From IMG/VR virus record IMGVR_UViG_3300025706_000008, positions 1 to 49,548 of that record: DNA of 49,548 bases, one strand, 5' to 3'. The translations under genes and the position numbers were made by a program. Below, one piece after another: positions 27,521-35,117 of this stretch; the stretch's first letter is position 1; each line of letters starts with the position of its first letter. This stretch comes from a virus. The notes under the pieces are model-generated. The model saw only the letters and a list, made by a program, of their open reading frames with translations. It was not told the origin of the DNA and made no database searches.

Positions 27521-27591
27521 GGGCGGCAGGTCTTATATTTTAATACTTCGAAGCGACTTTCATAATTCATTCATTTACTGCCGCCCTTTTT
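27521..27591 (+). promoter_or_regulatory. Intergenic element A: 9-bp GC stem (gggcggcag/ctgccgccc) around a 48-nt AT-rich insert, then T5
   Basis: Read directly. Shares the blocks tcttatatttt, ttcataattc and attcattcatt with element B. Confidence 0.45.
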
Positions 27592-27615
27592 AGAAATCAA
27601 AAAAATCAACATACC

Positions 27616-27858
27616 ATGAAAAATAAAGCATTAATAGCAATCGGAATCTTAACAGGAACGGCTATCGGGTCACTTGTGGCAATGGTGCTGATTGATTTCA
27701 GTATTGAAATCTTTTTCATGTCATTTTTCGCTTTAATCGGAATAATGACAATGGCTGTATTTACCATCGCCCTGATAAATGATGTCAGGAACGAAAACCG
27801 GAAACAGCAAAGAAGCCGTCCTGCAAACTGGGGATTTGATAAAAGTTATGAAGATTGA
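27616..27858 (+). CDS. Small membrane protein (two TM segments)
   Basis: ALIAIGILTGTAIGSLVAMVLI and FFALIGIMTMAVFTIALI. Confidence 0.55.
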   Translation: MKNKALIAIGILTGTAIGSLVAMVLIDFSIEIFFMSFFALIGIMTMAVFTIALINDVRNENRKQQRSRPANWGFDKSYED

Positions 27859-27912
27859 AAAAATAAGGGCCGGTAATGGTGCCGACCCAAATAACAATAA
27901 AATCAAAACAAG

Positions 27913-28089
27913 ATGGACAAAGTTAAGAAGAAATCCGCAAAACAACGATGTACGATTTGCGGAAATTATGATCATGTTGTCAACGGCCTTTGCCGCCGTT
28001 GTGAGTGGAACGAACTGATGAACGTGCAGGCTACGATTGAGTGGATGCACCGGATGCCGAAAATGCAAATGTTGGAAACATTCAAATGA
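27913..28089 (+). CDS. Small CxxC...CxxC zinc-ribbon protein (58 aa), not in the track
   Basis: Hand translation: MDKVKKKSAKQRCTICGNYDHVVNGLCRRCEW... Fits the gap between neighbouring genes. Confidence 0.45.
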   Translation: MDKVKKKSAKQRCTICGNYDHVVNGLCRRCEWNELMNVQATIEWMHRMPKMQMLETFK

Positions 28090-28096
28090 TGCAGCC

Positions 28097-28555
28097 ATGA
28101 AAGTAGCAAAATTATCACGTATCGACAGATGTATGTCTTTATTGTTTGAAGTGCAATGTTTTTCACGTAAAAAACAAAAAATCAATACTGTTGATTTGTG
28201 CGGTTCAAACAAATTAGACACGACCATACTAATTGACGCGGAGAAAATGGGATTCATAACCAAAAATGGAAATGGGTTTCAATTTAACAGGCCAATAAAT
28301 CCAGACACCGTAAAAGAACTTCTTGATTTCAATTACAATAAGAAACAAGAATACAAGAGGAAACGTGAAGAAAAATTAAAGGCTGAGGTTGAGAAAATTC
28401 AGGCTGAAATCTGGAGTTCAACGCCGGTTCCTGACGTCAGTTTTGATGAAATGAAACCACAACGGATTAATCCGATAACCATTGAAGAATTGATTACCGA
28501 CATGGAAAATTTGTGGATTAAACTTAATGAATACGCAAAAACACAAAAGCCATGA
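28097..28555 (+). CDS. Hypothetical protein (start moved to ATG 28097)
   Basis: Same frame as track ORF 28037..28555. The upstream part would overlap the zinc-ribbon ORF. Confidence 0.5.
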   Translation: MKVAKLSRIDRCMSLLFEVQCFSRKKQKINTVDLCGSNKLDTTILIDAEKMGFITKNGNGFQFNRPINPDTVKELLDFNYNKKQEYKRKREEKLKAEVEKIQAEIWSSTPVPDVSFDEMKPQRINPITIEELITDMENLWIKLNEYAKTQKP

Positions 28556-29175
28556 TCGACAAATCAGAATCAATTCAGAACATCGCCAAGGCATTGCTCG
28601 TGTTCGATGCCGAGGTGGCAAAGGTTAGCAAAACGGCCAGCAATCCGTTCTTCAATAACAAGTACGCGCCGCTTCCAGAGATCCAATATGCCGTGAAGGA
28701 ACCGCTTCTTAAAGCCGGACTCACATTGAAGCAGATACCGTTAGGTGAACATTCGCTGTACTCTATTCTAATACACGCCGAATCGGGTGAATGGCTTGGC
28801 GGCGAATTTATCATGCGCCCGGCAAAGGACGATCCGCAGGGCAACGGCTCACGGCTTACCTACCAACGACGCTATGCGCTTGGTGCAATGCTGGGTATCA
28901 ACATTGACGAAGACGACGACGGTAACCGTGCATCGTCAGTTCCGAAACCGAAGCCGGAACTACCGAAGCCACAACCGGACCCGCCAAAACCACAGCCGGA
29001 AGCCGACCCGTTCACGATGACCGAATTCGACCAGGCCATTGCCATGATCCGCAAGGCCGAAACTGAATCCGCGCTAATGGAAATTTACAACACCTTCTCC
29101 GCGTACCGCAAAGAGAAGGAATTTATGACGGAATTGTCTAAACGTAAAACCGAAATAAAAAGGATGATACCATGA
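28552..29175 (+). CDS. erf: ERF-family single-strand annealing recombinase
   Basis: The segment NPFFNNKYAPLPEIQYAVKEPLLKAGL and YQRRYALGAMLGI, followed by an acidic or proline-rich tail. Confidence 0.75.
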   Translation: MIDKSESIQNIAKALLVFDAEVAKVSKTASNPFFNNKYAPLPEIQYAVKEPLLKAGLTLKQIPLGEHSLYSILIHAESGEWLGGEFIMRPAKDDPQGNGSRLTYQRRYALGAMLGINIDEDDDGNRASSVPKPKPELPKPQPDPPKPQPEADPFTMTEFDQAIAMIRKAETESALMEIYNTFSAYRKEKEFMTELSKRKTEIKRMIP

Positions 29176-29648
29176 ACACAACGATTCAACTGAACGAACT
29201 CACCAGCAAGGAAAAGCTGGCAGTTATACAGCGCGAGTTTACCAACGACATTCTGGATGGTAACATAAATCCGCTTCAGGCTGCCGCCATCCTGAAATCA
29301 ATGGAAGACTTCTCAAAAACAGTTCGCGGCAATGTGCTGGTGAAAGACTGCATACGTGAGGAACTGGACAAGTACACTGAAAAATCTGTTCACTTCAACG
29401 GATTGATATTCACGAAAAAAGTAGTTGGAACACGGTACGACTACAGCAACTGTAACGACCCGATTTACAACCGTCGTAAACTGCAATATGACATTGCCGC
29501 CGCGAATCTGAAAGAGCGTGAGGAGTTTCTGAAGATCGTCCCGTTGGAGGGGCTGACTGTTGTCGACGATGAAACCGGTGAAGTGTACCAGATCATCCGT
29601 GCTGATACAAAAAGTGAAGATGGATACGCAATATCTTATTCAAAATGA
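29172..29648 (+). CDS. Hypothetical protein (recombination module)
   Basis: ATGA-type overlap with erf. Confidence 0.5.
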   Translation: MNTTIQLNELTSKEKLAVIQREFTNDILDGNINPLQAAAILKSMEDFSKTVRGNVLVKDCIREELDKYTEKSVHFNGLIFTKKVVGTRYDYSNCNDPIYNRRKLQYDIAAANLKEREEFLKIVPLEGLTVVDDETGEVYQIIRADTKSEDGYAISYSK

Positions 29649-29857
29649 AAACAACGAGACAAGTTACAATGAAATGGATTGACGTTTACGAGAAACTGCC
29701 GGAAGATTTCGGATTTTATCTCGCAACGATTGTGCCGCCATCCGGTAATAGCTGGGTCGAAATCATCGGATACGGTGATGGCAAATGGCAACTACCCGGA
29801 CGCGGAAATACAGACTTTGTGACACACTGGTCTCCGATACCGGAACCGGCTAAATGA
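29645..29857 (+). CDS. DUF551-like protein
   Basis: WIDVYEKLPE...VTHWSPIPEP pattern. Confidence 0.5.
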   Translation: MKTTRQVTMKWIDVYEKLPEDFGFYLATIVPPSGNSWVEIIGYGDGKWQLPGRGNTDFVTHWSPIPEPAK

Positions 29858-29897
29858 TAAACACCTGGCCCGGGTGTAACGGGGCGCGTTCTTTCAT

Positions 29898-30000
29898 AAG
29901 GAAGCCGTCTACTGCATAGGACTTCACGTTTTGCAAATACATTCATTCATTCTTATATTTTTTCATAATTCTGATTTATATGGCGGCTTCTTTTTTTTTT
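29898..30000 (+). promoter_or_regulatory. Intergenic element B: stem gaagccg/cggcttc around a 76-nt AT-rich insert, then T10
   Basis: Read directly. Shares three sequence blocks with element A and acttcacgttt with element C. Confidence 0.45.
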
Positions 30001-30019
30001 ACCACTAAAAATAATAATC

Positions 30020-32323
30020 ATGACATACGAGGACTTTTTAATAACTAAACAAAAAAAAATAATTGAATCAGGATTTGAAGTTAATGATTCAGATTTGAAT
30101 TCTGTATTATTTAACTTTCAGAAGTTTGTCGTAAAGTACGCATTAAAAGCCGGTAAATATGCAATATTCGCAGATACCGGAATGGGAAAAACACTAATGC
30201 AACTTGTTTGGGCTGAAAAGGTAAGTCAAAGAACAGAACATCCCGTTATCATATTTGCACCACTGGCAGTAAGCGAACAAACGATAGAAGAAGGCAGAAA
30301 GTTTGGTATTAGGGTACAACGATACCCATATCCATCCGAAATACAAATAACGAATTATGAGCAGATTGATAACGTTGATTTATCTAAGTTTTCAGGCATT
30401 GTATTAGATGAATCTTCAATACTAAAAAACAATACTGGTGTTTATAGAAACAATCTTATTGAAAGGTGTAAAGATATACCATATAAACTTTGTTGCACCG
30501 CTACACCGTCGCCAAACGACCCGATGGAATTAGGCAATCATGCCGAATTTTTAGACGTGATGAATTATAATGAAATGTTAGCTATGTACTTTGTACATGA
30601 TGCAGACAGTACACAACAGTGGCGATTGAAGGGGCACGCAATAGATAAATTTTACGAGTTTGTTGCATCATGGGCTATAATGTTTAATAAACCATCTGAT
30701 ATCGGATTCAGTGATTCTGGATTTGATTTACCTGCATTAATAATGAATGAAAGGCAAATAAGTACACCACTTCCTGAGGGCTTTTTATTTGGTGGAATTG
30801 CCGTTTCTGCAACCGATTTCAATTCATCATTAAGAGATACACAAATCGAAAGAATAAGAGAAGTTGTTAATATAATAGAAAATGATATTAAAGATGAACA
30901 GGTAATTATCTGGACAAAACAGAATATCGAAGCTGATTCAATTTACAGTGAACTTATCAAGCGCGGGTATAATTGCCGAAATGTTCAGGGGTCAGATTCA
31001 CCCGAATCAAAACGCGATAATTTACTTGGATTTGCACATAAGCAATACCAGATTCTTATTTCAAAAACAAAGATTGCCAGCTTTGGAATGAACTTTCAAA
31101 ACTGTCATAATCAGATATTCGCTTCAGTCGATTTCTCATTTGAATCAACATATCAGGCCATACGCCGGTCATGGAGATTCATGCAGGAAAAACCCGTAAG
31201 TGTATGGCTTATCACAACTGACAGAATGATTAATGTTTTAAAAACCATAAACGACAAAGAATACCAATTCAAACAAATGCAACATAAAATGACAAAAGCA
31301 GTAAATAAACATTTAGCCGGAGAAATCACTCAATTTTCTGATTCATCTGATGATGTAAAAACAGATAAGTATTGGATAATGCTTGGTGATTGTGTACAAA
31401 GAATCAAGGAACTGAAAGATGAAAGTATTGATTTTTCAGTATTCAGCCCGCCGTTTGCAGACCTATATACGTATTCAAATTACATTGAAGATATGGGAAA
31501 TGTAGCTGATTATAATGAATTTGTTCAGCATTTTTCATATTTGGTAACTGATTTATTAAGGGTAATCAAGCCGGGCAGATTAGTTGCTGTTCATTCGATG
31601 AATCTTCCAACACTTAAAAGCCGTGATGGATACATCGGAATACGTCGTTTTTCTTCAACCATTGAAGATATTTTTGAGAATGCCGGATTTTTTCTTCATT
31701 CTGAATTTACCATCTGGAAAGATCCGCTATTGGCCGCCGTACGTACAAAAGCCCTCGGATTAGCACACAAACAAGTAACAAAGGATATGAGCATGATACG
31801 CATGGGATTATCTGATAAAGTTACAGTATTTAAAAAGCCAGGAGAGAATCAAGTACCAATTCAATTAAAAGACAAACGTTTTACAACGTATAAACCAATT
31901 CATGAATATGATAAGTTCCCGGTAACAGTTGATGGATTCAATGAGTATTGGGGATTTGACCCGGAAAGTAAATATTCAAGGATTGAACAATACAGCCATC
32001 AGGTATGGCAAAGATACGCATCTCCGGTCTGGATGGATATAGACCAGACAAATGTATTGCAATATACAACTGCCCGCGACGAAAAGGATGAAAAACACAT
32101 TTGTCCTCTTCAGCTCGGAGTTATCGAAAGGCTGATTCTTCTTTATTCAAATGAAGGTGAAACCGTTTTAAGCCCGTTTGGAGGTATCGGTTCTGAAGGA
32201 TATCAATCAATCAAAATGGGCCGTAAATCAATCAGCATTGAATTAAAGCCATCCTATTTTGAGATTAACAAGCGCAACCATCGTGGAGCTATTGAATCAC
32301 TTGGTCAACTAAGCTGGATATGA
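30020..32323 (+). CDS. Fusion protein: SNF2/DEAD-like helicase (N-terminal) plus beta-class N6/N4 DNA methyltransferase (C-terminal)
   Basis: Helicase motifs ADTGMGKT, VLDESS, CTATPSPN and QAIRRSWR. Methyltransferase motifs SPPF (IV) followed by LSPFGGIGSEG (I). Confidence 0.8.
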   Translation: MTYEDFLITKQKKIIESGFEVNDSDLNSVLFNFQKFVVKYALKAGKYAIFADTGMGKTLMQLVWAEKVSQRTEHPVIIFAPLAVSEQTIEEGRKFGIRVQRYPYPSEIQITNYEQIDNVDLSKFSGIVLDESSILKNNTGVYRNNLIERCKDIPYKLCCTATPSPNDPMELGNHAEFLDVMNYNEMLAMYFVHDADSTQQWRLKGHAIDKFYEFVASWAIMFNKPSDIGFSDSGFDLPALIMNERQISTPLPEGFLFGGIAVSATDFNSSLRDTQIERIREVVNIIENDIKDEQVIIWTKQNIEADSIYSELIKRGYNCRNVQGSDSPESKRDNLLGFAHKQYQILISKTKIASFGMNFQNCHNQIFASVDFSFESTYQAIRRSWRFMQEKPVSVWLITTDRMINVLKTINDKEYQFKQMQHKMTKAVNKHLAGEITQFSDSSDDVKTDKYWIMLGDCVQRIKELKDESIDFSVFSPPFADLYTYSNYIEDMGNVADYNEFVQHFSYLVTDLLRVIKPGRLVAVHSMNLPTLKSRDGYIGIRRFSSTIEDIFENAGFFLHSEFTIWKDPLLAAVRTKALGLAHKQVTKDMSMIRMGLSDKVTVFKKPGENQVPIQLKDKRFTTYKPIHEYDKFPVTVDGFNEYWGFDPESKYSRIEQYSHQVWQRYASPVWMDIDQTNVLQYTTARDEKDEKHICPLQLGVIERLILLYSNEGETVLSPFGGIGSEGYQSIKMGRKSISIELKPSYFEINKRNHRGAIESLGQLSWI

Positions 32324-32730
32324 AATTTCACATTCATAACGCCAACATTCAGCCGGTCGTTCAATACCTTCAGAAGTTACCCGAAGGCAAAGAGTATGAT
32401 GTGACTGTTGAGCGGCACAAAGTACGGCGCACGATGCCGCAGAACGCCCTGTATTGGCTATGGATTCAATGTATTGCCAGCGAGACCGGCGGCGACAAAG
32501 AGCAGATTCATGAGGAGCTGAAAGTTATGTATTTGCCGACAAAGCGGATACGGGGATTGTTCGATGAGGTGGCACGCCCGATGAGTACGACGGCATTAGA
32601 CACGAAGCAATTCACAGAGTTTCTGGAGAAGGTGCAGGTGTTCGCAAGTTCGGAGCTGGGGATAGTGCTTCCGACGCCGGATGATTTGGCGTTTGAACAG
32701 TTTGAAAGTTATTATCAATATAAAATTTAA
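32320..32730 (+). CDS. NinB/Orf-like recombination mediator
   Basis: RRTMPQNALYWLW resembles the R-S-x-x-Q-N-x-x-x-W motif of lambda NinB. Confidence 0.5.
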   Translation: MKFHIHNANIQPVVQYLQKLPEGKEYDVTVERHKVRRTMPQNALYWLWIQCIASETGGDKEQIHEELKVMYLPTKRIRGLFDEVARPMSTTALDTKQFTEFLEKVQVFASSELGIVLPTPDDLAFEQFESYYQYKI

Positions 32731-32793
32731 TAACCAATTTTTAATCAATTAATTATTAACCAAAAACAGAACAAAAGCCTGAATTTATTTGAT

Positions 32794-33033
32794 ATGACAC
32801 AGAAATCACCTATCACCGTCCGCCGTGCCGTTGAGATGACCTTCAACGACCTGCCGGAGACATTTTCCGCACCTCGCCTGTGCCGGAAAGTAAAGCACCT
32901 GACCGAACGTGCCGACCTCATGGACGGAACCATTCTGCGCCGTCTACGCGAAGCACGTGCCGACAGTCTGGATTACCAGTACCGTTGTATTGACACCGAA
33001 AAAGCATTGTACCAGAAACAAAAAGTAATATGA
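32794..33033 (+). CDS. Hypothetical protein
   Basis: ORF only. Confidence 0.45.
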   Translation: MTQKSPITVRRAVEMTFNDLPETFSAPRLCRKVKHLTERADLMDGTILRRLREARADSLDYQYRCIDTEKALYQKQKVI

Positions 33034-33257
33034 AAATTATTAAAAAAATTAAGGAGTTGATAAAACGAACTCCAGATAAGATAACAGAAAAAGATATTCA
33101 TCATATCTTAAATATTCCTGTTGATTTAAGAAAGTTAGCAGCATCCGGATTTTGTGAGTTAACGCATGTCATTAATACGCGAAAACCTCATTACACAGAT
33201 GAATCAACATATGATAGATCGACTGAATATTATCTGAATCAAATTAAAATTTCATGA
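33030..33257 (+). CDS. Hypothetical protein (A+T-rich)
   Basis: ORF with ATGA overlaps. Confidence 0.45.
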   Translation: MKIIKKIKELIKRTPDKITEKDIHHILNIPVDLRKLAASGFCELTHVINTRKPHYTDESTYDRSTEYYLNQIKIS

Positions 33258-33499
33258 AGATACTCATTCCCGCCGTCTTGCTGATTTTGCTTTCATCCGC
33301 GAAGCCGCGCCCGAAATACCTCATTACCATTACCGACAACCGCGGGCGCACGGAAGTTATCCGCACCAACGACAAGCGCGATATTGACAGCATTTTCAGC
33401 AAACGGATGGGGAATGTAATACCGGATTCACTTCTTACAACATCGAAATTTTTCGAGATACGGACAGAAAAATTAACATTCTATTGTGAACAAAAATGA
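33254..33499 (+). CDS. Hypothetical protein with an N-terminal signal or anchor-like segment
   Basis: MKILIPAVLLILLSSAKP. Confidence 0.45.
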   Translation: MKILIPAVLLILLSSAKPRPKYLITITDNRGRTEVIRTNDKRDIDSIFSKRMGNVIPDSLLTTSKFFEIRTEKLTFYCEQK

Positions 33500-33819
33500 C
33501 TTACGTTATGAAACCAGGACTGATGAAAGCTGAAGAAATCATTGCCGACCACTGGATGACATCGCTCGAAAACATGCGAAGCAGAAGCAAATTGCGTGAA
33601 CACGTCGAAGCGCGCCAGGTAGCTATTTGGTACTACCTGAAATACAAGCATGCCACGCTTGGGCAGGCGGCCAGGCTGATGAACCGCGACCATGCCACGG
33701 CCAATTATGCCCGTTCTCACGTTGAAAATCTGATGGCAACGGATAAGCTGTTCCGAAAGCGAGTCGATGCGGTGCTGATACGGATAAATAAAATTGACCC
33801 GCTGGAGCCGGTGGAATAA
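33496..33819 (+). CDS. DnaA domain IV-like HTH protein
   Basis: ARQVAIWYYLKYKHATLGQAARLMNRDHATANYARSHVENL parallels the DnaA C-terminal DNA-binding domain. Confidence 0.6.
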   Translation: MTYVMKPGLMKAEEIIADHWMTSLENMRSRSKLREHVEARQVAIWYYLKYKHATLGQAARLMNRDHATANYARSHVENLMATDKLFRKRVDAVLIRINKIDPLEPVE

Positions 33820-33838
33820 AAAATTTTGTATGTTTGTA

Positions 33839-33997
33839 ATGCGCAACAATATTAACGTATATGCAAATTGGCACTTTAAAATACATGGGTGGCATATCGG
33901 TGCGAGTCCGAACGTCTTTGCAAACTTCACGTTTGTATTGTTGCGCAGTGACCACCCTTTTTTATTTACCTCAAATCGTTAAGTTATGCGCAACAAT
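33839..33997 (+). promoter_or_regulatory. Element C: atgcgcaacaat at 33839 and 33986 (the latter is the HNH start codon) plus an inverted copy tattgttgcgca at 33936-33947
   Basis: Read directly. A T7 run lies at 33958-33964. Confidence 0.5.
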
Positions 33998-34447
33998 TCA
34001 GACGAAAAACAATCCTATGCTGAGAAGCTGAAAGATCCACGCTGGCAGAAAAAACGCCTTCAGATATTAAACAGGGACAAGTGGAAATGCAAATTATGTG
34101 GTGATGAAAAAACGTCACTACAGGTTCACCATAAGGAATATATAAACGGCAATGATCCTTGGGATTATGATAATTCTATGCTTATAACAGTTTGCGAACA
34201 TTGCCATTATGAAATTGAATATTTAAATAAAAGAGGAATAGATTTTAATCAAATATTATCTATTTATAAAGCAGATGGTTGGAACAGTGGTTCTCGAATA
34301 ATGTTTATTTCTCAATCAAGTGGTATCTGTTCTATGGTTATATATGATGATGAAGATAAAAAAATAATCGGATATAATCTAAGATATGATATACCTGAAA
34401 TTATAAAAATTCTCAAAAAAACACTAAATGGCAAAGAGATTCATTGA
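33986..34447 (+). CDS. HNH endonuclease
   Basis: CKLCG...LQVHHKEY...CEHCH motif set. Confidence 0.8.
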   Translation: MRNNSDEKQSYAEKLKDPRWQKKRLQILNRDKWKCKLCGDEKTSLQVHHKEYINGNDPWDYDNSMLITVCEHCHYEIEYLNKRGIDFNQILSIYKADGWNSGSRIMFISQSSGICSMVIYDDEDKKIIGYNLRYDIPEIIKILKKTLNGKEIH

Positions 34448-35117
34448 CACGGAAATATTTGACGATCCGTGGTACATGGATCTGTCAGTTGAAGGTAAAT
34501 TATTCTGGATTTATTGCATTACAAAATGTGACCACGCCGGTATTTTGGAATTGAATAAACGCCTTGCTGAATTTCAAATCGGCATTGAAAATCTTGATAC
34601 AGTTACCAAAGAGTTAGGTAACCGTTTGCTAAGAGTTAGCGAACACTTATTTTTCATCCCGAAGTTTCTTGAATTTCAATACCCGGAATTCCCGAATAGC
34701 AAGGTAAAGACGCAAATTTCAGCAGTTAATATTCTGACAAAATATGGACTTTTTAAAGAAGGAAAATTAACTGTTAGTAAAGTGTTACCTAACACTTATG
34801 GTAATGGTAATGGTAATGGTATTGGTAATGTATTAAATGTAGATACTAACTTAATAACTATAGGGGGAAATTTTGATTTTGACATTCTGATGAAAAACGA
34901 CGTTTGGATGCAGACCACTTACACAAATGCCAAAATCAGCGAAAATGTCGAAGTGAGTTATGACCGATACCGAGAACTTACAAACGTCTTTATTTCTGAA
35001 CAACGGATGAACGGCACACCTAAATCAGAACGCGACTACCGTAACCACTTCACCAACTGGATTAAAATTCAGTTTCGTAAGCCGGAGAATCAAATCAAAA
35101 GGAAGATGATGCCATGA
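34428..35117 (+). CDS. Replication-associated protein candidate (replisome organiser-like N-terminus)
   Basis: FIDTEIFDDPWYMDLSVEGKLFWIYCITKCDHAGI. Lies directly upstream of the primase-helicase. Confidence 0.35.
   Translation: MAKRFIDTEIFDDPWYMDLSVEGKLFWIYCITKCDHAGILELNKRLAEFQIGIENLDTVTKELGNRLLRVSEHLFFIPKFLEFQYPEFPNSKVKTQISAVNILTKYGLFKEGKLTVSKVLPNTYGNGNGNGIGNVLNVDTNLITIGGNFDFDILMKNDVWMQTTYTNAKISENVEVSYDRYRELTNVFISEQRMNGTPKSERDYRNHFTNWIKIQFRKPENQIKRKMMP
34800..34829 (+). repeat. Hexanucleotide repeat (ggtaat)x3-ggtatt-ggtaat encoding GNGNGNGIGN
   Basis: Read directly. Confidence 0.9.

Noticed and set aside
33794-33982. 62-aa + strand ORF upstream of the HNH gene
   Set aside because: It lies in the structured repeat region (element C). 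Its frame runs through the duplicated copy of the HNH start codon (33839-33841). It has no SD and no coupling to neighbouring genes.
34800-34829. GGTAAT hexanucleotide repeat (GNGNGNGIGN)
   Set aside because: It is a real repeat, but it is short and in-frame and most simply a flexible linker. It is not considered a regulatory or phase-variation element without evidence.
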